Both the position numbers and the translations under genes were made by a program. From the NCBI GenBank assembly GCA_964533935.1, contig CAZHOG010000003.1, forward strand, positions 40,531 to 104,530: a stretch of 64,000 nucleotides of DNA, written 5' to 3'. Positions 38,969 through 49,814 of this stretch are shown piece by piece. A model generated the notes under the pieces. The model was given only the letters and a program-made list of their open reading frames with translations. It searched no databases and was not told the DNA's origin. Within the stretch, counting starts at the first letter, position 1; every line of letters begins with the position of its first letter. The DNA is from an uncultured Muribaculaceae bacterium (GTDB taxonomy: Bacteria > Bacillota_I > Bacilli_A > RF39 > UBA660).

Positions 38969-39942
38969 TGTAAGCTCCTTTGCTGTTGAATTATTTTTTC
39001 ACATTCTCCATTATAATTAATTCTTAAAGTTTCAAGCATTCTTTTATTACTTATAAAATCAAAATCTAACTGATCTAAACTTTTCATAATATTTTTTATA
39101 TTAGCAATAGTATCGAATTTTTCCAAATATTCTTTTAAATAATTTGGATCATCATTTATTCTATTTTTTAATGTTGCAGATAATACGGTTGCTAATATAT
39201 ATTTTTCATAAATTATATTATTAGCAGTTTTATTTTCAAGAATAATATTCAAATAATAATTTCCATATTTATTAAATATATATTGCTTCTTTTTATTAGG
39301 CAACTTATCTACTTCCAATTTAATATTTTCTTTTGATATAAAACCATCTTTAATAAACAATAATCGAACCATTTCGATAAATTCGCAAGCACCTGCTAAA
39401 AATATATAATTATTAATTCTTTCTAATAAAAGTAAATTGTTATCCTCTTTAAAATTATTTTCTTCTAAAAACTCATTTAATAATCTTTCAAAAGTCAAAG
39501 AATTTATTTCACCAAATAACATATAATAAAAATTTTTATTAAATGTATTAGATATTATATGTATAGATTCGTGGCACAAAGAATACACAGTTTTTAAATT
39601 ATTGGTATCTTGAACATACATTATTCCATCTTTTGCCATATTTTTTTCTTCATTTTTGCTTATATCACATCTTTGTTTATCATTAATTAATTCATTGAAT
39701 TTTTCAAAAATAGTATTATCAATACTCTTAAAAAATTCTTTTGAAATTTCTTCAGCCTCTGTAACATTCATTATATTAATATATTTATTTTCAAAATCTA
39801 TTTCATTGCCTTGATTAAGAACTATATTATTAATTGGTTTTAAAATCTCTGAAAATTTATAAAAGTCATCTGTTTTTCTGAAATCAATGTATGCTTTTAA
39901 ATTCTTATTTATTTTTTCCCATGTTTCATCAGAATTATTCAT
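38953..39942 (-). CDS. HExxH-motif protein (putative gluzincin-like), unknown function
   Basis: LCHESIHI followed by FGEINSLTFERLL. Wedged between nifS and thiI with overlapping or abutting ends. Confidence 0.4.
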   Translation of the reverse strand: MNNSDETWEKINKNLKAYIDFRKTDDFYKFSEILKPINNIVLNQGNEIDFENKYINIMNVTEAEEISKEFFKSIDNTIFEKFNELINDKQRCDISKNEEKNMAKDGIMYVQDTNNLKTVYSLCHESIHIISNTFNKNFYYMLFGEINSLTFERLLNEFLEENNFKEDNNLLLLERINNYIFLAGACEFIEMVRLLFIKDGFISKENIKLEVDKLPNKKKQYIFNKYGNYYLNIILENKTANNIIYEKYILATVLSATLKNRINDDPNYLKEYLEKFDTIANIKNIMKSLDQLDFDFISNKRMLETLRINYNGECEKIIQQQRSLQWKKL

Positions 39943-39943
39943 A

Positions 39944-41089
39944 TTATTCCTCTGAAATTAAATTACTAAGCTTATGATAAACTAATTTAAAGCTATTTAA
40001 AAATTTATTAATTTCATCAGTTGTTGTCATATGTGACAAACTTATTCTAATTGTAGAAGTTGCTCTTTTTTTATCATTATATATTGCCATAACACTAGTT
40101 GATAAATCTCCACTACTACAAGCAGTATTAGTACTTAAATATATTTCATATTCTTCCATAGCATGAATAAAAGTTTCAGGTTTAATATTATCTAAAGAAA
40201 TATTTAAAATATGAGGAATAGAAATTTTTGTTTTATTAATTTTTATTCCATCAATTTTTTCAAGTTCAGCACAAATTTTTTCATTTAATCTTTTTATAAA
40301 ACTTTCTTTTTTATCTAAATCCATAACAGATAATCTGATTGCTTTTGATAAAGATGCAATTAAAGGAAGTGGTATAGTTCCAGGTCTTAAACTATTATCT
40401 TTACTGCTTCCATATATAATAGGAGTTAATTTAACCCTGCTACTTTTATATAGAACTCCAATTCCCTTTGGGCCATAAATTTTATGTCCTGAAAAACTTG
40501 CTAAATCTACATCATGAAAATTTACAGAAACTTTGCCTATTGCTTGAGTCATATCACTATGAAATAAAGTATTTTCATTTTCTTTTCTAATAACTTGTCT
40601 AATCATCTTAAGTGGTTGTCTAACTCCTACTTCACTATTTACAGCTACAATACTTACTAAAATAGTAGTTGGTCTCATCAATTTTTTTAAATCATCAAAA
40701 TCTATTAAACCATTTTCATCATTATCAACATAGCTGATTTCAAAGCCTTGAGTTTCTAAGTAGTCACATATTTTGTAAATAGATGGATGTTCTAATTTTG
40801 AAACGATAATATGATTACCATATTTTGCATACGCAAAAGCAAGTCCAATAAGTGCCATATTATTACTTTCTGTAGCCCCACTAGTAAAAATTATTTCACT
40901 ATCTAAAACATTAAAAATATCACTTATTTGTTTTTTTGCACTATTATATAAAGTTTTTGATTTAACACCTAGACTATGTATTGAATTGGCATTACCAATA
41001 AAATTTTTAGTAACATTATTATAAGTTTCTAAAACATCATAACTAACTGGAGTTGTTGCACTATAATCTAGATATATCATAAAAATCAC
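39944..41089 (-). CDS. Cysteine desulfurase (NifS/IscS, class V aminotransferase)
   Basis: YLDYSATTP, SGHKIYGPKGIG (PLP lysine), C-terminal active-site region TNTACSSG. Confidence 0.88.
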   Translation of the reverse strand: MIFMIYLDYSATTPVSYDVLETYNNVTKNFIGNANSIHSLGVKSKTLYNSAKKQISDIFNVLDSEIIFTSGATESNNMALIGLAFAYAKYGNHIIVSKLEHPSIYKICDYLETQGFEISYVDNDENGLIDFDDLKKLMRPTTILVSIVAVNSEVGVRQPLKMIRQVIRKENENTLFHSDMTQAIGKVSVNFHDVDLASFSGHKIYGPKGIGVLYKSSRVKLTPIIYGSSKDNSLRPGTIPLPLIASLSKAIRLSVMDLDKKESFIKRLNEKICAELEKIDGIKINKTKISIPHILNISLDNIKPETFIHAMEEYEIYLSTNTACSSGDLSTSVMAIYNDKKRATSTIRISLSHMTTTDEINKFLNSFKLVYHKLSNLISEE

Positions 41090-41138
41090 CTAAATTCATT
41101 ATATATTATATAAAATAAAAAAGCCATATTTTATTGGC

Positions 41139-41714
41139 TTATTGTTCAATTATTTTTTTTACTTCATTAACTACTTGTTTAGCTTTAATTTTAATTAAAA
41201 TCAAATCAATTACATCAATTACTGCATATATACATATAATAATTCCGATTGTTTTAGTAACAAGCTTACCACCATTTACAGGGTCTAGTACTAATAATAC
41301 TCCTGCAACTAATGTAATAATAGCGTACACTAAAGTAATCGCCCAAAAACTTATTTTATCATCTCTTAAATCCATTGAAATAGAAATTCTATTAATACCA
41401 TTTATAACCATCCATAATCCTGTTATTATTGGTATAATAGTATTTAAAATATTTTCATTCATTAATAATACTAATCCTGCAATAATACACAACATTCCCA
41501 TCATAAAACTAAATGTTGTTGCAAATCCTCTAGATCTAAATCTAAAATAATTTATTATTGGAATAATTCCTATTATTAAAAATGCTACTCCCATTATTAT
41601 AGCTACTGTTTTAATTACAGTATCTGGAAAAATAAATAATAAAACTCCAAATGATAAAATAGCTATTGTAGATATCATAGACATCCAAAATATTCTTTTA
41701 GTTAAATCTTTCAT
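41139..41714 (-). CDS. HdeD/DUF308-like membrane protein
   Basis: Six TM helices with repeated GxxxIxxG-type units. GAGGT RBS upstream. Confidence 0.5.
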   Translation of the reverse strand: MKDLTKRIFWMSMISTIAILSFGVLLFIFPDTVIKTVAIIMGVAFLIIGIIPIINYFRFRSRGFATTFSFMMGMLCIIAGLVLLMNENILNTIIPIITGLWMVINGINRISISMDLRDDKISFWAITLVYAIITLVAGVLLVLDPVNGGKLVTKTIGIIICIYAVIDVIDLILIKIKAKQVVNEVKKIIEQ

Positions 41715-41809
41715 ATTAATTACCTCACTTATATAACAAGAATATACCTTTTTTGAGAAAAATGCAAACCATTATAGAATAGAATTAATTAGACAAGGGG
41801 GATTATATT

Positions 41810-42166
41810 TTGAATAATAAATTTCCTCCAAATATTGAACCAGGTTTATTCACTTTAACCGCTGTAGCTGTTGGTGCCTGTTTAATTCAAGATTATAATG
41901 CTAATGAACAAAATGCCATTGGAAACTGGATAATAATGGCTGGTCAGTATGTATTAACTAATGCTGCTCAACAACAATTAATAGAAAGTCGTATTGAGAA
42001 TGCTAATATTAATACAAACAGTAAAGAAGCTAAAGCTGGTGGCAGTCCATTTACTACACAAAAAAAAATGAGTAATCAAACTCAAAGAGATGAAGTTGAT
42101 TTTTTACTTGATGCCTTAGAAAAAATGCAAAAAGAATTAAATTCATTTAAAAATGATCAAAAATAA
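41810..42166 (+). CDS. Hypothetical small protein
   Basis: 118-aa ORF preceded by GGGGGA. No recognisable motif. Confidence 0.4.
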   Translation: MNNKFPPNIEPGLFTLTAVAVGACLIQDYNANEQNAIGNWIIMAGQYVLTNAAQQQLIESRIENANINTNSKEAKAGGSPFTTQKKMSNQTQRDEVDFLLDALEKMQKELNSFKNDQK

Positions 42167-42997
42167 TTATTTTTGATCATAGTCATCTAAAAAGTTATAT
42201 ACTTCGTTATCTTTATGATAACCAATTATTTGAGTTAAATTTATATTTGCTACACTATTAAAAATATTTTGATCTATATATTTATTAGTTTGTCTAAATT
42301 GATTAACCAAGTTTTTCATTTCCAATCTCTTACTTGCAGATTCATCTATACTGCACGTTTCAGTAAATTTACACGCACAATTTAAAAACTTTAATTCATT
42401 ATATGAAACCCATGATTTAATAGCACTTTCTTTTACTAAATATAAAGGTCTTATCAATTCCATATTTTCAAAATTATCACTATGAAGTTTAGGCATCATA
42501 GTTTTAATTTCACCACTATATAGCATTGATAATAAAATTGTTTCAACAACATCATCAAAATGGTGTCCTAAAGCTATTTTATTGCATCCCAAATTTTTAG
42601 CTTCATTATATAAATGTCCTCTCCTCATTCTCGCACATAGATAACAAGGATTGCCTTTGGTTAAATTTGTTACTACTTTAAAAATATCTGATTCAAAAAT
42701 ATGAACTGGAATATTCATTAATTTTGCATTTTCTTCAATCAATTTAGCATTCGCATCATTATACCCTGGATTCATAACAATAAATTCTAAATCAAAATTC
42801 ATTTTCCCATGTCTTTTTAATTCCTGAAAACATTTAGCTAATAAAAATGAATCTTTACCGCCAGATATACAGACTGCAATTTTATCATTTTCTTCAATTA
42901 ATTTATAATCATTAATTGCTTTAACAAATGGTCTCCATATTTCTTTACGATATTTTTTTATGATACTTTTTTCAATATTTTTGCAATCTTCTTCCAT
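42167..42997 (-). CDS. PP-loop ATPase, TtcA-like tRNA thiolation enzyme
   Basis: CISGGKDS PP-loop, CYLCARMRRG, LGHHFDD. Confidence 0.7.
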   Translation of the reverse strand: MEEDCKNIEKSIIKKYRKEIWRPFVKAINDYKLIEENDKIAVCISGGKDSFLLAKCFQELKRHGKMNFDLEFIVMNPGYNDANAKLIEENAKLMNIPVHIFESDIFKVVTNLTKGNPCYLCARMRRGHLYNEAKNLGCNKIALGHHFDDVVETILLSMLYSGEIKTMMPKLHSDNFENMELIRPLYLVKESAIKSWVSYNELKFLNCACKFTETCSIDESASKRLEMKNLVNQFRQTNKYIDQNIFNSVANINLTQIIGYHKDNEVYNFLDDYDQK

Positions 42998-43033
42998 CAG
43001 TGCACCTCTTCAAAAGAAATTATAACATACTTT

Positions 43034-43864
43034 TTAATTGTTTTCTTCACTTATTAAATCAGTCAAATAAATTGGAGTAAGTCCTTTAAATTTTATTTGG
43101 TTTAATATAACATTTACATTATCAATATTTGTACTATTTTTAATTAAAATAATAATTCCATTTTTAATACTATTTTTAACTTCAAAAACATTATTATTAT
43201 TTAAAACTATCGTTGGTTCAACTAAATATTTTTTCTTGCTTCTACAAAATTGTAAATTATTCTTATTTTCTAAAAAACATATATTATTAGATGCACTTTT
43301 TAAATATGAATTAACTTTATTATAATTACTAAAATCATTATTTATTTTCTCTAATTTTGTTTGAACATCATAAGTATCAACATCAACTAATATATCAGCT
43401 TTAATATTATTATCATCAAAGTACTTAATAGTATTTTGATTATATTCAATTACAATGCTCATTTTTTGATCAATATAGTTTCCTGTTTTAATTATTTTAT
43501 CCTTATTATCTTCCAAACTTATTTTAGGAATTATTTGGTCATATACTAAATAATAAGAATTAAAAGCACCAAAGGATTTCATTAAACTAAAACTTTTTGA
43601 AGAATTAATAGTTAATCCATTTTTACCTGGAATAATATAATCATCTTCAATTATAGCATTTACACTTTTTTCATAATTATCTTTTTTTATATTTTCAATT
43701 TCTATCATAATAGGATTTTTACTTTGAACTAATAAAGCAATTTTATCAGTATAATAAAAGCTAAAAACCATAATAATTATTATCCCAAAATATTTATATA
43801 TTTTTTTCACAAAAAAATCACCTATTAAAATATATGATAAGGCAAAAAAAAAAGTCTTTTTCAA
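43034..43864 (-). CDS. Membrane-anchored hypothetical protein
   Basis: N-terminal TM segment. No catalytic motif recognised. Confidence 0.4.
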   Translation of the reverse strand: MKKTFFFALSYILIGDFFVKKIYKYFGIIIIMVFSFYYTDKIALLVQSKNPIMIEIENIKKDNYEKSVNAIIEDDYIIPGKNGLTINSSKSFSLMKSFGAFNSYYLVYDQIIPKISLEDNKDKIIKTGNYIDQKMSIVIEYNQNTIKYFDDNNIKADILVDVDTYDVQTKLEKINNDFSNYNKVNSYLKSASNNICFLENKNNLQFCRSKKKYLVEPTIVLNNNNVFEVKNSIKNGIIILIKNSTNIDNVNVILNQIKFKGLTPIYLTDLISEENN

Positions 43865-43867
43865 GAC

Positions 43868-44395
43868 TTAGATTTTATATAATTTTGTATTTTTTCTTGT
43901 AACATAGTATACACCACCAGCAAGAGCAACACCTACAGCTATTACTGCATATGGCATAAAATTACCTGTTTTAGGATTTTCTGTTGTTTTAGTTAATTCT
44001 ACAGTTTTAGGAACTTGTAAACAAGTAAATACTACACTACAATTTTGACCAGCAGTACCTTTACTTATAAATTCTAAAGAACCAATAGTAAATTCTGAAG
44101 CAGTTTCAGCAACAGAGTTACTAAAATAAATTTGATCTCCAGATACATTTACAGACCATCCATTATTTCCTATTTCAGACCCTTGAACAAATTCAGCATT
44201 TTCAAGTTTCATTGAAGCACTAAGTTCATTCATAGTATTTCCACCAGTCTGATTAACTACAATATTAACTTTAAAGCGTCCATTTGATTCTTCTACTTTA
44301 TTATAAGAAACAGATGTTGTTGCAGCATTTGCTTTAATTGGTAATGCTATTAATAAAGCAATAGCAATCATTCCTAAATATTTTTTAATTTTCAT
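43868..44395 (-). CDS. Surface protein with NPKTG sorting signal (sortase B substrate)
   Basis: Signal peptide ...PIKANAAT. C-terminal NPKTG, then a hydrophobic stretch, then an RKNTK tail. Confidence 0.65.
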   Translation of the reverse strand: MKIKKYLGMIAIALLIALPIKANAATTSVSYNKVEESNGRFKVNIVVNQTGGNTMNELSASMKLENAEFVQGSEIGNNGWSVNVSGDQIYFSNSVAETASEFTIGSLEFISKGTAGQNCSVVFTCLQVPKTVELTKTTENPKTGNFMPYAVIAVGVALAGGVYYVTRKNTKLYKI

Positions 44396-44534
44396 AAAAT
44401 ATACCTCTTTCCATTTTTCCTATTTCTATTATGTCTTAATTATAACACAAAAATACATTATTGCTATATATTTTTATTTTTTTTATAAAAAAAGTGTAAA
44501 ATATGATATCATATTATAGTAGGTGGTATGACAA

Positions 44535-46130
44535 ATGAAAAAGATACTAATCAGTATAAAAAATGATTCTTTAGTTTTTGCTTACAGGACTTCTTTGCCC
44601 AAGAGTCAAGGAAATTTATTAAATACCAATATTATTTCTGATAACGAGCTAGTTTTTAGTGACGAATATTTATCTAATAATATTAAAATTGTTTCTTTGT
44701 TTTTGAAGGAATTATGTGTTGAAAAGCAAATTCATGCAGTTACTGTATCAAATAATGAATTAGCATTCCTAATATTAAAATTACTTAAGAAAAATGATTA
44801 TGTAACTTCATTTTACATAAAAGAAAATGCTAATTTAACTTTTGCTATTTGTGAAGAATTGATTAGCTGTAAATATATTAAGAAATTAAATGTATTTAGT
44901 ATTCAAACATTTATGTTAGAAATGTTAGATAATCATGACATAATGGTTGAATCAAGAAATGAAACATTTGTAGTTTCAAATTTCATGTTAGAAAATAATT
45001 TACAACAATTTTCAAAAATCTATTATAAATCTTCACTAAGATTTACCATACCACTTTCAAAAGATGATCTAGATGATTTTGAAGCTTTTTGTAAAATAAA
45101 TAGATATTTAAAAAACATACACATAAGTCAATTCGATAATTATGATTTAGATAATATAATAACAATTATAAAGAATAATAAATTAAAGAATTTAAAAATT
45201 TATATTCATGATGATAATAACAATGTAGAAAATATTGAATTTTTAAAAAAATTAAATAAAAAATTCAAATCTAAATATAAAATAGAATTTAAACTTAAAT
45301 ATTCTGATGAATATTTAAAAGAAAATATATTTAAACAAATAATGTTAAATACTTTAAAAATATGTGGCTTAATAATAACTACTCTCGTTATAGGAATTAT
45401 TTCCTATGTTAGTTATACTAATTATAAAGCTATGAAAGACTTAACTAAAATTCAAAATAATATTAATGATATTATTGAAGATGCCAAAGAAGAAAATATT
45501 GAGCCACCCGAAGAAAACATAGATAATAATATTGAAAATACCGAAAACACTTCAAATAATACCATTATAAATAAAGATTTGACTGCTTTATTTGAAATTA
45601 ATACTGATGTTTATGGATGGTTAAAAGTTAATAACACTAATATTGATTATCCAGTTGTCAAATCTGAAGATAATAGTTATTATTTGAAACATAATCTATA
45701 TAAAGAAAATGATAAAAATGGTTGGATTTTTATGGATTATCGTAATAGTAAAACAAGCGAATTAAGCAAAAATACCATTATTTATGGTCATAACATGTAT
45801 TATAGTGGTGTTATGTTTGGAACTCTTACCAATGCCTATAAAAAGTCTTGGTATACTAATAAAGATAATCAAATTATTACTTTTAATACGCTATATAAAA
45901 ATATGAAATTTCAAATATTCTCTATATATAAAATTCCTAAGACTTCAGATTATCTTTATACTTCATTCGATTCTGATGATGAATTTCAAGAATTTGTTTC
46001 AATGATAAAAGGAAGAAGTATTTATGACTTTAATATTGATATAAATAATGATGATAATATTTTAACATTATCTACTTGTACGGGTAACAATGCTAGACTT
46101 GTAGTTCACGCCAAACTAATAAAAGAATAA
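44535..46130 (+). CDS. srtB: Class B sortase fused to a ~270-aa cytoplasmic N-terminal domain
   Basis: C-terminal domain has DVYGWLKVNNTNIDYPVV, IIYGHNM, LTLSTCT, RLVVHAKL. A TM helix lies at about residues 275-295. The N-terminal region is leucine-rich and repeat-like. Confidence 0.7.
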   Translation: MKKILISIKNDSLVFAYRTSLPKSQGNLLNTNIISDNELVFSDEYLSNNIKIVSLFLKELCVEKQIHAVTVSNNELAFLILKLLKKNDYVTSFYIKENANLTFAICEELISCKYIKKLNVFSIQTFMLEMLDNHDIMVESRNETFVVSNFMLENNLQQFSKIYYKSSLRFTIPLSKDDLDDFEAFCKINRYLKNIHISQFDNYDLDNIITIIKNNKLKNLKIYIHDDNNNVENIEFLKKLNKKFKSKYKIEFKLKYSDEYLKENIFKQIMLNTLKICGLIITTLVIGIISYVSYTNYKAMKDLTKIQNNINDIIEDAKEENIEPPEENIDNNIENTENTSNNTIINKDLTALFEINTDVYGWLKVNNTNIDYPVVKSEDNSYYLKHNLYKENDKNGWIFMDYRNSKTSELSKNTIIYGHNMYYSGVMFGTLTNAYKKSWYTNKDNQIITFNTLYKNMKFQIFSIYKIPKTSDYLYTSFDSDDEFQEFVSMIKGRSIYDFNIDINNDDNILTLSTCTGNNARLVVHAKLIKE

Positions 46131-46168
46131 TTTTAAAAATTATTCTTTTTTTCATAAAAAAAATGTCA

Positions 46169-47254
46169 TTAAGACATTTCTAAACTACATTGATATCCTT
46201 TGCTTCCATAAAGAGTTCTAACTTCTTCAAAAGTTGATGGAAATAAACCATTAAGTTTATTAAGTTCACTTGAATCTAATAACTTAACTATCTTTATTTT
46301 ATAATATTCATCATCAAAGCTCGCTACTCCACTATGATTTTCAATCATTTTAGAAGAATCATATTCTGCCTTAGCTTTATCATAATCTTCTTGACTATTA
46401 AAAATATAATCATATATTCTTATTGCATTTACAAAGTAATCAACAGAATTAAAACCTATTTTATCATTAACCTTTAATGATGCATTATAATTAGTAGTAT
46501 CATTTTTAGATGCAGATAAATACTTTTCAGCTACTACATTCGAAACAACTAATATAGCATCTTTTGAATTTTTATTATTGTATTCATCAACTACATTAAT
46601 TCTTTCTATATAAATACCATTATTTTTAATATCATTTAAAGCTTTATTTTTATCTTCAAAAGAAACTGTTGTTTTTGATAAATCATAACTATTCATGATA
46701 AAATTTGTTGCTTCAATAGTTTCATTATTTTTAGCATTAAATATTTTTAATGAAACTTGAGGAGCTGTAGTATCTACAACTTTAGCCTTAGCAGTATAAC
46801 TTTTATCTGAACAATTAATTTTATAATCATATTCCCCTATTTTAGAAATATCAACTGATGATAAATCTATTTTGCAATCTGATAATCCATCAACATAATC
46901 ATCAATATTATCAGATAATTCACTACCTAATTCTAGCTCAATAGTTGCAATTTTTGAACCCATTGACGTTGTATTTTTAGCATATACCAAAAAATAATAC
47001 AAACCTAATCCAAATAAAACTATTAATACTATTATTAAAATAATCCATAAAATCTTAAAATTGAATTTTTTATGTTTTTGTGAATTATTTTGCCAATCGC
47101 TTGAAGGAATACCACCAATTTCACTAATTCTAGGAGGAACTGGTACTGATTCAACTGGTTTAATAAATTGATTTTTTAAATCATTATTTGTAACTGGAGT
47201 ATCTATATCCAATACTTCAATATTATTTAAATTATTATTTCCATTATCATTCAT
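46169..47254 (-). CDS. Membrane-anchored hypothetical protein
   Basis: Pro-rich N-terminus, a single TM helix, and a beta-rich extracytoplasmic part. Confidence 0.4.
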   Translation of the reverse strand: MNDNGNNNLNNIEVLDIDTPVTNNDLKNQFIKPVESVPVPPRISEIGGIPSSDWQNNSQKHKKFNFKILWIILIIVLIVLFGLGLYYFLVYAKNTTSMGSKIATIELELGSELSDNIDDYVDGLSDCKIDLSSVDISKIGEYDYKINCSDKSYTAKAKVVDTTAPQVSLKIFNAKNNETIEATNFIMNSYDLSKTTVSFEDKNKALNDIKNNGIYIERINVVDEYNNKNSKDAILVVSNVVAEKYLSASKNDTTNYNASLKVNDKIGFNSVDYFVNAIRIYDYIFNSQEDYDKAKAEYDSSKMIENHSGVASFDDEYYKIKIVKLLDSSELNKLNGLFPSTFEEVRTLYGSKGYQCSLEMS

Positions 47255-47323
47255 TTTATCAACCCTTATTCTTTTAAATTATATCTTTTTTCAAATTAAA
47301 AAGCAATAACATAGCATTGCTCT

Positions 47324-48043
47324 TTAATTTTTTTTAATTTTGTTCATATAATATTTTATTTTTCCAGCCCAAGTTGTACTAGCTGCATATTTCTTATTAA
47401 TAGCTTCAGGTGTTTTTAATCCTTTTTTAATATAATTATTTGAAAGATTTTTCATAAAAGATTCAATTCCTTTTTCAAGTGAACTAAATTTTTTATATGA
47501 TCCATTTCCGCAATTTGGACCACCTTTCATTCCTCCAACATTATTACATTTTTTAACTAATCCGCTACAACTTCCTGAATTACATCCAGTTTCATGAAGT
47601 ATTATAGCAACAGCTAAATAGGGATCCACATCATATTCTATAGCATAAGACGCAATAGTATAACCATATCCAGATAAGGTTGATTTTAAATTTTTGTCTA
47701 ATTTATCTCCTAATTGTTCTAAAGTCATTCCTTCATAAACAATCTCAGGATAAATTTCACTATAATCTATTTCTTCCTCAATAAGAACACTACTTACAGC
47801 ATTATCAATTGTCTCTACCTCAAATGATTTATCTGTTTTTAGTAGGTGTTTAGAATCTATCGTTACCTTTTCTTTAGCATAATCAATACTATCTAAAGTA
47901 TTAAAGGATGCCATGATTTTCGTATCACTATTAACAACCCTATTAATTCGTTTCACATTATAATCAAAAGCTGATATTATATTTACTAAAATAATTGCGA
48001 TCATGGTCATAACAATGACCCTAACCGACGGTAATTTTTTCAT
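47324..48043 (-). CDS. Glucosaminidase-family (LytD/FlgJ-like) cell wall hydrolase
   Basis: DPYLAVAIILHETG ... NNVGGMKG ... YKKFSSLEKGIESF. Confidence 0.55.
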   Translation of the reverse strand: MKKLPSVRVIVMTMIAIILVNIISAFDYNVKRINRVVNSDTKIMASFNTLDSIDYAKEKVTIDSKHLLKTDKSFEVETIDNAVSSVLIEEEIDYSEIYPEIVYEGMTLEQLGDKLDKNLKSTLSGYGYTIASYAIEYDVDPYLAVAIILHETGCNSGSCSGLVKKCNNVGGMKGGPNCGNGSYKKFSSLEKGIESFMKNLSNNYIKKGLKTPEAINKKYAASTTWAGKIKYYMNKIKKN

Positions 48044-48124
48044 TACTTCTACCTCTCCTAATAAGCGGAAACGTATTCAATAATACCAAATTTTTATTTA
48101 AATGTCAAATTTTGTAAACTTTTA

Positions 48125-48877
48125 TTACTCTAAAGACGTATTTAAAACTCTACTGCTTGCTTCCATAGTACCGTTATATAGTGATGGAACTTTACCATTA
48201 ATTATCTTAGAAGCAATTAAAACTTCAAAATTTCTGGTATCTATTTTTGATTTAACTGGTGTAAGAATCAAGGATGAAATACTAATATTTGTATATACTT
48301 CAATTAATGAATTATTTATACCATATGAAGTAACTTTTGTTTTTACACCAGTAAGAATACTTCCTATAAATTTAACTTTAACAGGAATTCTAGGTCCAAG
48401 GTTACTTGAATAAATATTATTTGAATAAATTCCTATAGGAACTTTTAAAACAAAATAGTTTTGATTATTAGATAAATAATCATCATAAAAATCCATATTA
48501 GTTTTGCCAACTTCTAAATTATATAAGTCTGCTTTTAATTCATCAGTTATATGTGCTGAAAAGTTATATACTGATGGTAAATCAAAATCTATATTTATAA
48601 TTTCTTCATCTTTATTTTTATTAATTATTAAGATTTTTTCTATTGTTTTATAATCTTCTTTTAAGGAATACTCAGTAATTATATTATTTAGCATTTTATT
48701 AATATTTACTTCTACAATTTTTATCATTTTAGGATTTATGCTTTTATTAAAATAATTAAATAATAAAAAAGTATTTATAGTAATCAAAAAAATAACTATC
48801 CATAATATATTAATAGTTTTGATATAATTTCTAGTTTTAAAAACTTTATATCTTTTCATATTAATATATATGAACAA
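48125..48877 (-). CDS. yunB: Sporulation protein YunB-like
   Basis: N-terminal TM helix, LGPRIPVKVKFIGSILTGVKTKVTSYGINNSLIEVY. Size ~250 aa. Confidence 0.55.
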   Translation of the reverse strand: MFIYINMKRYKVFKTRNYIKTINILWIVIFLITINTFLLFNYFNKSINPKMIKIVEVNINKMLNNIITEYSLKEDYKTIEKILIINKNKDEEIINIDFDLPSVYNFSAHITDELKADLYNLEVGKTNMDFYDDYLSNNQNYFVLKVPIGIYSNNIYSSNLGPRIPVKVKFIGSILTGVKTKVTSYGINNSLIEVYTNISISSLILTPVKSKIDTRNFEVLIASKIINGKVPSLYNGTMEASSRVLNTSLE

Positions 48878-48880
48878 TTC

Positions 48881-49705
48881 CTAAAATATTTGTAAGTTTA
48901 AATAATTATTTAAGAAAAATAATACTCCACCAATAAAAGCAATTACTATTAATACAATTAATACTCTTATAATTATTTTAGTAGATTTCAAATCATCTTT
49001 TAAATCATTAAAGTCATCAAAATCACTCTTAGTAAAAGCATTAGTTGTAGTATAAAATGAATTTGTTAATTTATCATTTTTTTCTTGTTGCATTAATTCT
49101 CTTGTTTCGCCCTTTTTAACTTCTTCTTCAATTCCACTAAGTACTTTTGTATTATCATCACCTTTTAAATCAGATAATATATCTAATGGATCTACACTAC
49201 ATGTTTTTGCTAATTCTTTTGAAGTAATGGTATTTATTAATGACATTAATTCTTCTTCTTTTGCACTTTTTGCTGGATTATCTTCTTCATTAACTTTTCT
49301 TCTTACTTCATCTAAATCTAAATTATTTAATATATCAAATTGAGTATCACGTAATTTTTTTAATCTGTCTCTTTCATAATCAACTTCTTTTTCTTCACGA
49401 GCTTTTTCTAAAATAGAATTAATATCATACTCTTTCGTTTCTTCTAAATTTATTTCTTCGTCTTCATAATCATCTATTTTAATTGATTTTCTTTTTGGAT
49501 TAGTTTTATAGTTTGTTTCCAATAAATTTCTAATTTTATCAACATCTATAACATTTTCGTTATCCCCAATTACCTTTACATTACTATTAGGGTTGAATTT
49601 TTCTAAATTCATATTATTTATTTCTTTATATAAATTATCATTTTTATCTAATCTAGATTTAGTAAGCTCATGGTTATCATAATATTTTTCCATACGTGAT
49701 TTCAT
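48881..49705 (-). CDS. Hypothetical charged protein with C-terminal TM anchor
   Basis: 274-aa ORF rich in E/K/D, with a terminal hydrophobic helix. Confidence 0.4.
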   Translation of the reverse strand: MKSRMEKYYDNHELTKSRLDKNDNLYKEINNMNLEKFNPNSNVKVIGDNENVIDVDKIRNLLETNYKTNPKRKSIKIDDYEDEEINLEETKEYDINSILEKAREEKEVDYERDRLKKLRDTQFDILNNLDLDEVRRKVNEEDNPAKSAKEEELMSLINTITSKELAKTCSVDPLDILSDLKGDDNTKVLSGIEEEVKKGETRELMQQEKNDKLTNSFYTTTNAFTKSDFDDFNDLKDDLKSTKIIIRVLIVLIVIAFIGGVLFFLNNYLNLQIF

Positions 49706-49814
49706 GTAACCACTCCTTATTCATATATATGATATCATAATTTAAAAAGATTTAAAACAGATTTATTTGCAATTTTTAATAATTACATTTATAATTTTTT
49801 TAGGAGATGAAAAT

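Noticed and set aside
41134-41550. Plus-strand 138-aa hydrophobic ORF overlapping the HdeD-like gene
   Set aside because: The minus-strand ORF is longer, has a GAGGT RBS and shows the repeated DUF308-like helix pattern. The plus-strand ORF is its antisense shadow.
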